Shown piece after piece: positions 1 through 10,452 of a DNA stretch of 64,000 nucleotides. Within the stretch, counting starts at the first letter, position 1; each line of letters opens with the position of its first letter. The stretch comes from Thermoanaerobaculia bacterium. GTDB lineage: Bacteria > Acidobacteriota > Thermoanaerobaculia > Multivoradales > Multivoraceae. The notes below the pieces were generated by a model. That model did not search any database. It saw only the letters and a program-made list of their open reading frames with translations, and was not told where the DNA came from. Position numbers and translations under genes: made by a program. The stretch lies in the NCBI GenBank assembly GCA_963664405.1, contig OY761158.1, forward strand, positions 2,528,001 through 2,592,000, written 5' to 3'.

Positions 1-2266
1 CAGCGCCCTCCCGCATCCGCAAGCACAGCCTCGCGACGCCGCTGGACATGGCGGTTACCAGCGACGGTTCCACCCTCTACGTCGCTGCCTTCGGATCAAG
101 CAAGGTCGGAGTGTTTGGGACCCAGAGCCTCGAGAACGGCAGCTTCGACCCACGATCGACAAGCTCTTCCTATCTCGAGGTGAGCGGCGGTGGCCCCAGC
201 GGTCTCGCCCTCGACGAGTCTCGGCAGCGGCTCTACGTCCTCACCCGCTTCGACAATGCGATCTCGGTCATCGATCTTCTCAGCGGCGCCGAGATGCAGC
301 ACCTGAAGCTCCACAACCCGGAGCCCGCCCAGGTGGTCGAGGGTCGCCCCTTTCTCTACGACGCCGTACACACCTCCTCCAACGGCGAGGCGTCGTGCGC
401 CGGCTGCCACATCTTCGGCGACTTCGACGGCCTGGCCTGGGATCTGGGGGATCCGGATGGCGCGGTCAAGCAGAGCCCGATCCCGATCGTTCTCGGTACG
501 ACCGCCGAGTTCCTGGTTCCGCAGATCAACGGCACCGGCAACGTCGAGGACTTTCATCCGATGAAGGGGCCGATGACGACCCAGACCCTGCGCGGCCTGG
601 TCAACTCCGGCGCCATGCACTGGCGCGGCGATCGCTCTGTCGGGAAGTTCGGTACAGATCCCTTCGACTCCGATCTGTCGTTCCGCAACTTCGCCGATGC
701 CTTCAAAGGGCTGGTGGGGCGATCTGCGCCGCTTCCCGCTCACGAGATGAAGCTCTTTTCCGACTTCGCCCTCGAGATCACCTTGCCACCGAATCCCGTG
801 CGCGCGCTCGACAACTCTCTCAGCCCGGAGGAGCAGGTCGGACGGGACTTCTTCGACGGTCCCAGGCGTGTTCCGACGGTACGGCCACTGGCCCCCTGGG
901 AAACACCTGCTCCGACTGCCACGCGCTGGATCCAGCGCAGGGCCACTTCGGCACCGACGGCGATCAGAGCTTCGAGCTCGAGACCCAGATCGTCAAGATT
1001 CCCCACATGCGGAACCTCTACCAGAAGGTGGGGATGTTCGGGAGTCCACCCGACGCCTTCATCCTTCCAGGCAATAACCAACACCAGGGCGATCAGGTCC
1101 GCGGCACCGGCTTTCTCCATGACGGCTCGATCGACACCCTGTTCCGCTTCTTCAGCGCCACCGTCTTCCAGCAGAGTGGAGCCGTGGGATTCCGCAGTGA
1201 CGACGAGCGTCGGGGGATGGAGGCCTTTGCTCTCGCCTTCGACAGCGACCTGGCGCCGATCGTGGGTCAGCAGATCACCTTGGACGGCTCGAACAAAGCC
1301 GAAGTGGGAGCCCGCATCGGCCTCCTCATCGATCGGGCCGAGAGCTCCTTCGTCTCCCGGGTTCTGGGAGGCCGGACGACCGAGTGCGATCTCATCGTCA
1401 AGGGCACCCTCGGGGGCGAGCCCAGGGGCTGGCTCTACGACACCTCGTCGAATCGCTTCGTCGCTGACATCGAAGGTACCGCAGCGCTCCGCGACCGCGA
1501 TCTACGGGCACTCGCCGGCAGGGGTCAAGAGCTCACCTACACTTGTGCGCCCCCGGGCTCCGGGCGGCGCATGGGCATCGACCGCGACCTCGACGGCTAC
1601 CTGGACGGCGACGAGCGAGCCGCGGGCTCCAACCCAGCAGACGGCGGAAGCATTCCAGTGCTATGCACCCCGTCCGCCACGCGGCTCTGCCTTAACGACC
1701 GACGTTTCGAGGTCGAGGTCGACTGGAAGGACTTCCAGGATCGGCGCGCCGCCGGCCAGGTCGTTCCGTTCATGTCGGCCGACTCGGGCATCTTCTGGTT
1801 CTCCTCCCCGGAGAACTGGGAATTGATGATCAAGGTTCTCGACGGCTGCACTCTCAACAATCGCTTCTGGGTGTTCTCGGCGGCTACGACCAATGCCGAG
1901 TACAGCTTGCGGGTGCGCGACACCTGGACCGACGTCACCCGAAGCTGGTTCAACGCGTCGGGAAATCCGGCACCGGCGGTAACCGAGACTGGAGCTTTCG
2001 CGACCTGTGAGGCGAGCCCGCCCGACGAGCAGGCCACCTCGGCCGAGAGGATGCCGGCAGCTCCCGCCTCGCAGTTCGCGGCCGGCCACCCTCGTGGCGA
2101 GGGCGAGGCCTGCATCCCCGACGCGGAGACCCTCTGTCTCAACGAAGGTCGCTTCCGGGTCGAGGTCGAGTGGCAGGACTTCAAGCAGCGCACCGGTCGC
2201 GGCCAGGTGGTGCCCCCGGCTGGTGTTGTTGGTGGCGCCGGGCTACCATCAGACAGGCTTTCATGA
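1..2266 (+). CDS. Beta-propeller plus di-heme cytochrome c (peroxidase-like) protein with C-terminal 'LCLN..RF.VEV.W' domains; 5' end outside window, frameshift near 868, last domain truncated
   Basis: ORF 48..1826 gives propeller repeats and CAGCH; ORF 395..2266 continues after ~870 with CSDCH, GFLHDG, DRDLDGYLDGDE and one complete plus one partial C-terminal domain. Confidence 0.75.
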   Translation, partial: SALPHPQAQPRDAAGHGGYQRRFHPLRRCLRIKQGRSVWDPEPRERQLRPTIDKLFLSRGERRWPQRSRPRRVSAAALRPHPLRQCDLGHRSSQRRRDAAPEAPQPGARPGGRGSPLSLRRRTHLLQRRGVVRRLPHLRRLRRPGLGSGGSGWRGQAEPDPDRSRYDRRVPGSADQRHRQRRGLSSDEGADDDPDPARPGQLRRHALARRSLCREVRYRSLRLRSVVPQLRRCLQRAGGAICAASRSRDEALFRLRPRDHLATESRARARQLSQPGGAGRTGLLRRSQACSDGTATGPLGNTCSDCHALDPAQGHFGTDGDQSFELETQIVKIPHMRNLYQKVGMFGSPPDAFILPGNNQHQGDQVRGTGFLHDGSIDTLFRFFSATVFQQSGAVGFRSDDERRGMEAFALAFDSDLAPIVGQQITLDGSNKAEVGARIGLLIDRAESSFVSRVLGGRTTECDLIVKGTLGGEPRGWLYDTSSNRFVADIEGTAALRDRDLRALAGRGQELTYTCAPPGSGRRMGIDRDLDGYLDGDERAAGSNPADGGSIPVLCTPSATRLCLNDRRFEVEVDWKDFQDRRAAGQVVPFMSADSGIFWFSSPENWELMIKVLDGCTLNNRFWVFSAATTNAEYSLRVRDTWTDVTRSWFNASGNPAPAVTETGAFATCEASPPDEQATSAERMPAAPASQFAAGHPRGEGEACIPDAETLCLNEGRFRVEVEWQDFKQRTGRGQVVPPAGVVGGAGLPSDRLS

Positions 2267-2279
2267 GGATCTCTCTCAG

Positions 2280-2864
2280 ATGAACGACCCTTCTTCTGAT
2301 ACCAGGACCGTTACCCGGACCAGATTCCGGCGACTGCGCCTCGGTGTCGTTCTCGCTCCCCTGCTTCTTTCGGCGGCCTCGAGCGCCCAGCCTGGTGACC
2401 TGCCTCTTCACTTCATCGTGGGCGGCCCACAGATGGAGACACCGGTCGAAGTCATTGTCGAGCGCTGGACCACAACCGCGGAGAGGGCGGCCTTGATCGA
2501 GGTGATGAAAAAGAGCGACTCGAGACTCACTCTGCAGGCGCTCGAGCAGCAAAAGACGACGGGCTATGTCGTGATCACCGACGAGCTGCGCTACGACCTC
2601 CACTACGCCATCCACTTCAAGGCGGGCGAAGGGACACGAATCCTTCTGGTTGCCGACCGGCCGATCAGCCGCAACCCCGACATGGCCGTCAGCGGCTCGT
2701 TGGAGGAGGCGATGACGATCATCGATCTCACCGTGGACGCCGAAGGCAACGGCAGCGGTATGGCGGTGCTCGGAGCCGATGCTCAGATTGACGAGGCGAC
2801 CGGAGCGGCCCGCATCATCACAATCGGAGGAACGGTTCGCTTGGAGGCGCGCCTGGCCGATTGA
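2280..2864 (+). CDS. Hypothetical exported protein
   Basis: Signal-peptide-like N-terminus (RRLRLGVVLAPLLLSAASSA) then a globular domain within ORF 2007..2864. Confidence 0.65.
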   Translation: MNDPSSDTRTVTRTRFRRLRLGVVLAPLLLSAASSAQPGDLPLHFIVGGPQMETPVEVIVERWTTTAERAALIEVMKKSDSRLTLQALEQQKTTGYVVITDELRYDLHYAIHFKAGEGTRILLVADRPISRNPDMAVSGSLEEAMTIIDLTVDAEGNGSGMAVLGADAQIDEATGAARIITIGGTVRLEARLAD

Positions 2865-3074
2865 GAGAACGGTCGCTTCTAGCACCGGAAAACGGACCTG
2901 CGGCCCGTTCTCCGGCCCATCCCCCCTAAGAACTACCTGTCCGAATTCTCGGACACGCTCCTAGCATCGGCGATCGCCGATGCCGCGGGTCGAGGACCGA
3001 CCCGACCTTCACCTGCTCTTGAGCCATCGCACCGCCATCAGACGGTATTTTGATTGGGTCATAGTTGTCTGGTG

Positions 3075-4184
3075 TCAGGGATTGGCGAAACGGTTCTCGT
3101 CCACGAGCCACTTCGGCGTGCGCCGCAGAACCGCCTCGATCAGGCGCGCGCCCAGCCGACGCTTCAGGATTGCACCAACCCACCGCATCAGCGCGAAGTG
3201 GCCGAACTCCCGGCGGACCGCCTCTTGGTACGCCTCGAGACAGCTCGCTTCGCCGGTCTGCAGGTAGGTCGCGATCGAAGCGGCGGCGTGCCGACCGCTG
3301 ACCAGCGCCTGTGAGATGCCCTCGAAGCTGAGCGGATCGACGAGGCTTCCGGCCTCTCCGACGTAGAGCACGTTGCCATCGACCAGGTGGTCGATCTTGT
3401 AAGAGGTGTGAATCGGGAAACCCGTCGTGCGGCAGGAGACGCAAGCCTCGCCGACCTGCCCGGGCAGGTACTTGGAGACCATGATTTCCAGCCGATCTCG
3501 CAGCTCCTCCGCGCCGCCGCCTCTCGTGCCGACGCCGACATTGACGATGTTCTCGGACTCGGGGAAGACCCAGCCGTACTCGGGAACGAAAGCCTCGTCG
3601 AAGACCAGGCAGGCGGTCCCCGGCTCGATCACTTCTCCGCTGTAGCGAACTTCGAAGGCGATCGCCTCGACCGGGCGGGCGCCTTCGGGCCGGAGGCGTG
3701 CCGAGCGGGCACCGGCGGCGACCACGATCACCTCGGCAGAGAAGACCTCGCCGTCGCGAGTGCGAACGCCGACGCAGCGGTCGTCTTCCCTGATCAGCTC
3801 GGTCACCTCGACGCCCTCGCGGATCTCGGCGCCCCGCTCCCGGGCTCTTCGCATCAGGATCTCGTCGAAGATTCGCCGGTTGAGCACGAGCAACCGCGTG
3901 AACCTGTCTTCTCGCGGACGCGCATGCAACGCGGTGCCCGAGGGCATCACGATGTACGGCTTCGGCACGTGGTGTGCCCGGGTCGCGACCTCGTCGTAGA
4001 CCCCCATCCGGTCGAGCTCTTTCTGCGCCTTTCGGGTGAGACCTCCGCCGCACAGCTTGTCCCTCGGGAAGCTGGCCTTGTCGAGAACCACGACGTTCTG
4101 GACGCCCTGCTCGAGAAGGTGAAACGCGGTCGAGGAGCCCGACGGACCTGCCCCTACGACGACGACTCTTGGGTTGGACGACAC
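3075..4184 (-). CDS. Geranylgeranyl reductase-family FAD-dependent oxidoreductase
   Basis: VVVVGAGPSG, FPRDKLCGGG, YGWVFP and VGEAGSLVDPLSFEGI motifs. Confidence 0.88.
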   Translation of the reverse strand: MSSNPRVVVVGAGPSGSSTAFHLLEQGVQNVVVLDKASFPRDKLCGGGLTRKAQKELDRMGVYDEVATRAHHVPKPYIVMPSGTALHARPREDRFTRLLVLNRRIFDEILMRRARERGAEIREGVEVTELIREDDRCVGVRTRDGEVFSAEVIVVAAGARSARLRPEGARPVEAIAFEVRYSGEVIEPGTACLVFDEAFVPEYGWVFPESENIVNVGVGTRGGGAEELRDRLEIMVSKYLPGQVGEACVSCRTTGFPIHTSYKIDHLVDGNVLYVGEAGSLVDPLSFEGISQALVSGRHAAASIATYLQTGEASCLEAYQEAVRREFGHFALMRWVGAILKRRLGARLIEAVLRRTPKWLVDENRFANP

Positions 4185-4271
4185 GACCTCTTTGACAGTA
4201 GCACAAGGGTGGAAGCGCGCCTCCTAGCCGGGAGGCGCGACCACTTCTCCCTCTGCTACCATCTTGCTCCA

Positions 4272-5078
4272 ATGGGGTCGGGCCAGTTAGATCCATCTCT
4301 GTTCCGCGACGCCATGCGGGCCGCGGGAGAGTCACTTCCGTTGCAGAAGAAGCTCGCCTACGCACTCCTGCTCGGCGTGGACTGGCGATACACGTTCCTT
4401 GGCTACGCCTATCTTCGCTGTGTCGACAACGCCGTCGACAACGGACGAGACGCAGCCACTTCCTTCGAGCTGATGGCGGAGCAGCGGCGCTTCATGGACG
4501 CCGCATACGAAGGAACCCTAGAGCAGGAGAAAGCCGTCGCTCCGGCCAGCTATGGGTTGCCCTTCTTCGACTGGGACAGGGGCAAAGGGGCACCGCTGCG
4601 GGCGCAGTTCGAGGCTTTGCTGAACACCATCGAGTTCGACGTCCGCAGACGCGGCCAGGTGCCATCGGCCGCGGAGCTGGAAGACTACGTACTGACCACG
4701 GGCCACGCGGTTCTGCGCACCCTGGCCTACTTCGCCACCGGAAAGCCCCAGCTTCCCGCTCCCTGCCTCGATCTGGGGAGTCGCGCCTACCTGTGTGCCG
4801 ACGCGCTGATGGACCTCGAGGAGGACATGGCCGTCGGACTGATCAACATCCCTCGAGAGGTCATTGACGAGTACGCGATCGACCTGGAGGACCCCGAAGC
4901 CGGTCTCGAGCGTTGGAGACCCGTCCGCGCCGCCGAGGTCCTCGAGCTCATGCGGCAGGCACGAGCCACGGTCAGCTTGATCGACGACCTGTCGATGAGG
5001 GTGCTTTATCGCTTCTTTCTGGGGCGCAAGAAGAGACGCTTTCTTCGCTTCCTCCGGCAGCGTGGGCTTGCCGGCTGA
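4272..5078 (+). CDS. Squalene/phytoene synthase-like isoprenoid synthase-fold protein
   Basis: YAYLRCVDNAVD and DALMDLEEDMAVGLINIP Asp-rich motifs. Confidence 0.7.
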   Translation: MGSGQLDPSLFRDAMRAAGESLPLQKKLAYALLLGVDWRYTFLGYAYLRCVDNAVDNGRDAATSFELMAEQRRFMDAAYEGTLEQEKAVAPASYGLPFFDWDRGKGAPLRAQFEALLNTIEFDVRRRGQVPSAAELEDYVLTTGHAVLRTLAYFATGKPQLPAPCLDLGSRAYLCADALMDLEEDMAVGLINIPREVIDEYAIDLEDPEAGLERWRPVRAAEVLELMRQARATVSLIDDLSMRVLYRFFLGRKKRRFLRFLRQRGLAG

Positions 5079-5096
5079 TTCGCCAAGTCGCGTGAC

Positions 5097-6464
5097 TCAG
5101 GCCGGCTCGGACGACCCGGCAACAAGCTCCAGCCCGAGATCGGCCACGCGCTCCATGGGCGTATCAGAGCTCTTGCCCTCTCCAGCCCTCGCGGGTTCAG
5201 GCTGGAGAAGGCCAAGAAGCCTCTGCTTTTGCCTACGAGTCCGCTCGCGCGCGCCTTCGTCGACGATCAACTCTTCCAATAACGCCGAAACGGCCTCGGG
5301 CGTACACCTTCGCATCGACAGCTCTGGGAAGATCCGCTCACCGAGTACCGCACTGGGAAGCGCGTAGGCGACTCTGTCCGCACCCCGCTCGGAGGAGACT
5401 CGCCCCTTCCGAGCCACGAGGTTGATAAGGAGCTCCCGCGACCGGCTCCAACCATGGTCGTAGACCACGATCGAAGGCAGTCCCATGCAGGCCGCCAGCA
5501 GAGTGACGGTTCCCGAGCACAGCAGGCCGAAGTCGGCGGCGCTGAGCGTCGCCGCAGCCTGGCCAGCGACGACAGTAGCTTGCGCTTCTGACCGCCGCCG
5601 CGCGGGATCGTCGAGGAAGCTTCGTATCTGCGTCGCTCGACGCTCATCGCTAGCCGCGGCAACGACCTTGAGGCGATCGCCGAAGCGGCATCGAAGGCGG
5701 CTCACGGCGTCGAGCATGACCGGCAGCAGACAGTCCACCTCCGCCTCTCGACTCCCGGGGAAGAGCCCGACGAGGAGATCATCGGACGATGGCGCCAGGG
5801 TCGCCCGCAGCTCCCGACCCGCGTCTCGGGTCCGCTCCTGCACTAGCGGGTCGGCGTAACGGGCGAAGGGATGACCGACCTTGACGACGAGGGTATCGGC
5901 TCTGTGTCTCCGCTCCAGGCGACGGTAGGCCTTCAAGTTGGGCTCGAGAAGACAGGCAATGCCATCGAAAAAGCGCAGAGTGCTACGACCTCGGTTGAGC
6001 ATGGCACCGAGAGCAAAGAGCAGGCTCCGCCGGCGCGGGGCCACCCAGCGCAGCAAGGGACCCAGCGCACGCGGCCCAGATCTCACCTCCCAAGCCCAGA
6101 CCTCCGGCGGCCCCACCATCAGCGTCTTGGTCGTCGCTCCTTCGAGTGCCTTCAGCTCGGCGGCCAAGACCACATTGAATCCGTGGTGAGTGATCGCTAC
6201 GAAGAGATCGGGCGGATCGGCCGCCAGGTTCTTCCACACCTCCTCAAGCACGGGTTTCCACCGCAGGGTTCCGGCTACCGAAACGCCGAGCATTGGCTCA
6301 GGCGCCGAGCAGAGAACCTCATCCTCCTCCAGGCCGTCGATGGGCGAGCTCGTCAGAACGCTGAGTTGGAGCCCGCTGCCGAACCGGGTCCGAAGCGCCG
6401 GCACGAGCTCTTGCACCATGACGTCACCCGAGGGCTCGCCGGAACAGACGACGATCCGGCTCAT
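5097..6464 (-). CDS. Lipid-A-disaccharide synthase (LpxB)-like glycosyltransferase, divergent
   Basis: SGEPSGD, PPEVWAW, VGHP, LFPGSREAE, SGTVTL and FPEL motifs. Confidence 0.75.
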   Translation of the reverse strand: MSRIVVCSGEPSGDVMVQELVPALRTRFGSGLQLSVLTSSPIDGLEEDEVLCSAPEPMLGVSVAGTLRWKPVLEEVWKNLAADPPDLFVAITHHGFNVVLAAELKALEGATTKTLMVGPPEVWAWEVRSGPRALGPLLRWVAPRRRSLLFALGAMLNRGRSTLRFFDGIACLLEPNLKAYRRLERRHRADTLVVKVGHPFARYADPLVQERTRDAGRELRATLAPSSDDLLVGLFPGSREAEVDCLLPVMLDAVSRLRCRFGDRLKVVAAASDERRATQIRSFLDDPARRRSEAQATVVAGQAAATLSAADFGLLCSGTVTLLAACMGLPSIVVYDHGWSRSRELLINLVARKGRVSSERGADRVAYALPSAVLGERIFPELSMRRCTPEAVSALLEELIVDEGARERTRRQKQRLLGLLQPEPARAGEGKSSDTPMERVADLGLELVAGSSEPA

Positions 6465-6584
6465 GGCACGCGGGGAACAGTGACGGCTGGCGTAGCGCTC
6501 ATACGAAATCGACCACCGGCTCGAGGGAATTCGCGCCCTCGACCGCGGTCATCTTACAGGCGCTCGAGACGCACGGCCGGAGAC

Positions 6585-8042
6585 TCAGCGGTTGTCGGAC
6601 ACCGGGCTGAACGCCTCGAGCACTTCACGCGTCAGATCCCAGCGATCGAAGCCCTGTCGGCCGTAGTCGAGACCCCGCCGGACGATGATCAGATCGTGTG
6701 ACGGCACGACGACGACAAACTGTCCGCGGTTGCCCGCCGTGGAATACGCATCGGCGGGGACATCCGTCCGAGTGTCGGGTACCAGCCACCACTGCCCACC
6801 GTAGTGGTTGCCGGTGGCGGCGGTCGCAGGAGCTGGTGTCCGGGTGAACTCAATCCACTCCTCGGAGATGAGCCGCTCGCCATTCCACACGCCGCCGGCG
6901 AGATAGAGCATGCCGAAGCGCGCGAGGTCCCTGGCGTTGGTGTAGACCTGGCTGCTCAGGATGAAGTCGCCGAATCGGTCAACGCTCACCAGCGTGTTGC
7001 GCATACCGATCTTGTCGAGAAGCCTGCTCCGCGGGAATTCCAAGTACGCCTCCTCGTCACCAATCGCGAGCTTCATGGCGTAGACGCCGAGCAGTGTGTC
7101 GTAGTTCTCGTAGTCCCAGACCGTGCCAGGCTCACGCATCAGTGCACGACTGCGGGCGCCGACGATCGAGCTCGCGCCCGCCCAGTAGGAGAGACCCGAT
7201 CCGGTCGCGTACTCGAGTCCACGATTGTCGACCGTCTCGAGGCCGCTCGACATATTCAACACGTGGCGCAGAGTGATCGCGCTGCGTGGGTCCGTCTGCG
7301 GAGAGCGTGCCGCGGGGAACCAGTCGAAACCGAGCGGCTCGTCGAGGGCAAGGCGGCCTTCGTCGACGAGCATCCCGATGAGCGTCACCGCGATGCTCTT
7401 TGCCGTCGACCACGTCCGCGTCTTCGTCGTCACCTCGATGCCCGGCGCGTAGCGCTCGTGAAGGATCTTGCCGCGGTGCACGACCATCAGGCTGAGCGTC
7501 ACCTGCTCCGGCGACTCGCGGTCGAAGGCCCAGTCCGAGGCGGCCTCGAGGGCAGCCGCGTCTACCCCGGAAGGGATCGACATGTCCTCAACGAGGTCAC
7601 CGTCGGGCCATGCGATCGTGGCCGGGTCACCGGGCGGCGGTGCCAGCGTGAGCTCGGGCAAGTCCGCGATCTGCTCAAAGGTCTGGTCGGGCGCCATGAT
7701 CACGCACCCGATCCCCTGTCGGTATGCGGCCCTCATGATCGGTGCGCTCTCCGAGGCGCCGATCTCCACCGCCTTGCGATCCCAGTCGACGACGTAATCG
7801 CCACCCTGGGCCGTGCCGACAGGCTGAGGAAGGAACGCCAGCTCCTGGTCGAAGACCTGCTCGAGAGTCCGCTCGCCGGTGAACAGTCCGTTGCACATGA
7901 GAACCGCCTGCTGCCCGTGCCGCACCATGTCTCGCTGCGGACGCCAGTAGTCGTAGCTCTCCTCCTGGGCGGCCACGCGGTCGGCGTCGACCAGAGAGCC
8001 GATCACTGCGAGTGCGAGGAACGCGATGTGAGTGCCTTTCAT
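6585..8042 (-). CDS. Serine hydrolase, beta-lactamase class C-like, exported
   Basis: SxxK (STAK), YENY, ARDLARFG and AGNRGQ motifs; signal peptide. Confidence 0.88.
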   Translation of the reverse strand: MKGTHIAFLALAVIGSLVDADRVAAQEESYDYWRPQRDMVRHGQQAVLMCNGLFTGERTLEQVFDQELAFLPQPVGTAQGGDYVVDWDRKAVEIGASESAPIMRAAYRQGIGCVIMAPDQTFEQIADLPELTLAPPPGDPATIAWPDGDLVEDMSIPSGVDAAALEAASDWAFDRESPEQVTLSLMVVHRGKILHERYAPGIEVTTKTRTWSTAKSIAVTLIGMLVDEGRLALDEPLGFDWFPAARSPQTDPRSAITLRHVLNMSSGLETVDNRGLEYATGSGLSYWAGASSIVGARSRALMREPGTVWDYENYDTLLGVYAMKLAIGDEEAYLEFPRSRLLDKIGMRNTLVSVDRFGDFILSSQVYTNARDLARFGMLYLAGGVWNGERLISEEWIEFTRTPAPATAATGNHYGGQWWLVPDTRTDVPADAYSTAGNRGQFVVVVPSHDLIIVRRGLDYGRQGFDRWDLTREVLEAFSPVSDNR

Positions 8043-8136
8043 GAGTGCTCAAAGGGCCTACTTCGCACTTGGCCCACTGAACAGTCTACAATCTGGCGTG
8101 CATCAGAGAACAGGTGACCGAACCCGTCGCCAGGCC

Positions 8137-10437
8137 GTGGCGCCGCTGCGGCGGGCCCGTCGAGCCTCGCTGGCCGCGATCGCCGCGGCTGTGCTCGGGC
8201 TCCTCGGTGCCGGCCCGAGAGCCGACTCGGCGGACGCCCAGCCCCCCTTCGCCGGCAGGATCGGCGAGACCTGGCGGGATTCGACGCCCGACTTTCCGCC
8301 CGGCGCCAGGCCCCCGGACGACGCCCCGAACGTCGTCCTCATCGTTCTCGACGACGGCGGTTTCGCCCATCTCGGCGCCTACGGCGGTCCGACTCCGACG
8401 CCCAACCTCGACCGGCTGGCGACCCGAGGTCTCCTCTACACCCAGTTCCACGTCAACCCGGTGTGCTCGCCGACCCGGGCCGCGCTCCTTACCGGCCGCA
8501 ACGCACACTCGGTCGGCATGGGGTCGGTTTCCGAGCTGGCCACCGGCTACCCTGGCTACAACGCTCACATCCCGACCCGTGCGGCGACCGTGGCCAAAGT
8601 TCTCGGCCGCGCTGGCTGGACCACGCTCGCGGTCGGGAAGTGGCACCTCACTCCGTTCAACGCATTCACTCAGGCCGGCCCCTTCGATCGCTGGCCGCTC
8701 GGTCTCGGATTCGACCGCTTCTACGGCTTCCTGGGCGGACGCAACGATCACTTCACACCGCTGCTCTGGCAGGACAACCACCGGGTAGAGGCGCCCCAGA
8801 AGCCCGACTACAACCTCGGCGAAGACCTCACCGATCACGCCATCGCCGGCATTCGCGACCACCGCCAAGCCGCAGCCGACAGGCCCTTCTTCCTCTACCT
8901 CGCCTACGGGGCGGTGCACTCACCGCACCAAGCCCCGCAGCCGTGGCGCGATCGGCAGCGGGGTCGATTCGACGAGGGCTGGGACGTCTGGCGTGAAAGG
9001 GTGTTCAGGAAACAGCTGGAGCTCGGCCTCCTTCCCGCCGGCACCGAGCTTCCGACCCGCCACCCACTGGTGCCGGCATGGTCTGCGCTCGGGCCAGACG
9101 AGCGGCGGCTCGCGCTGCGTTTCCAGGAGGCTTTCGCCGCCATGCTCGAGCACACCGACGCCGAGATCGGACGAGTTCTCGACGAGCTCGATCGCCTCGG
9201 CATCCGCGACGACACTCTGGTCATCGTCCTCTCCGACAACGGGGCGAGTCGGGCCGGCGGTCTCCACGGCCTCACCATGGTCGATCGCTACCGCAACGGA
9301 GTCCGCCAAAGCGTCTTGGAGATGCTCGACGAGATCGACCTCATCGGCGGCCCCGGGAGCGATCCCGACTACCCGATGGGCTGGGCAATGGTGGCAAACA
9401 CTCCGTTCAGCGGTTTCAAAGGCGGGACCGGCGCCGGCGGCACTCGTGTACCTCTCATCCTGTCGTGGCCCGGGTAGCTGCCCGCCGGCGCCGTGCGGAC
9501 CCAGTTCCATCACGTGGTGGACCTCGCCCCGACGCTCTACGAAGTGCTTGGCATCGATCCACCGCACGAAGTCGACGGAGTCGAGCAGATGCCTCTCGAA
9601 GGCGTAAGCATGGCCTATACCTTCGCGGCTCCAGAGGCACCCACACGAAAACACAGTCAGTACTGGGAGTACAGCGGCCACCGCGCCCTGTGGCGCGAGG
9701 GGTGGTTGGCGGTCGACCTACACCAGCGCGGCGAGCCGTGGTCGGACCAGGGCTGGGAGCTCTACGACACGCGCTCCGACTTCTCCCTCGCCAAGGATCT
9801 GGCTGACGAGCGCCCGGTGATCGGGGAGGAGCTCGTCACCGCCTGGTGGGCCGAGGCGAGGGCCCACCAGGTGCTGCCGCTCGACGACCGCGGCTTCGAG
9901 AAGAGACTCGACACCGAGAGCCGGCTCTCTGACGGGCAGCCGGATCGCCTCGTTCTGCTGCCGGGCACGAGCCCCATCCCGGTGGCCGCGGCGCCGATTC
10001 TCTCCAACCGCGCTCACCTCGTCACCGCCCGCGTCAGCATTCCCGATCGCGGCGCTGAGGGTGTCCTGATCTGTCAGGGGTCGCGCTTCGGAGGCTGGAG
10101 CCTCTACCTCCGTGATCGCCGCCTGGTGTACGCGCACAATTTCCTGGGGTTGGAGGAGCGTCGCCTGGTCTCGGACCGCGAAGTCCCCGCGGGGGATCTC
10201 GTGCTCCAGCTCCGGTGGACCCCCAGCGGCGCTGGGCTCGGCACCGCTGAGCTCATCATCGACCACCAGCCGGCGGGCCGGAGCACCGGCATCCCGGTGG
10301 CGCGCATTGGCTACATGGGTGACGAGGGTCTCCAGGTGGGCCGCAACGGCGGGTCTTCAGTGACCCCCGACTACGCTTCTCCCTACCCGTTCACCGGGAC
10401 GATCGTCGACGTCGTGCTCGAGATCTCAGAGAAGTGA
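8137..10437 (+). pseudogene. Arylsulfatase interrupted by an in-frame TAG at 9475-9477
   Basis: CSPTRAALLTGR, GKWHL, SDNG; ORFs 8032..9477 and 9493..10437 share a frame (WPG*LPAGAVRTQFHHVVDLAPT); start approximate. Confidence 0.8.
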
Positions 10438-10452
10438 AGTGCTTCCCAGCCC

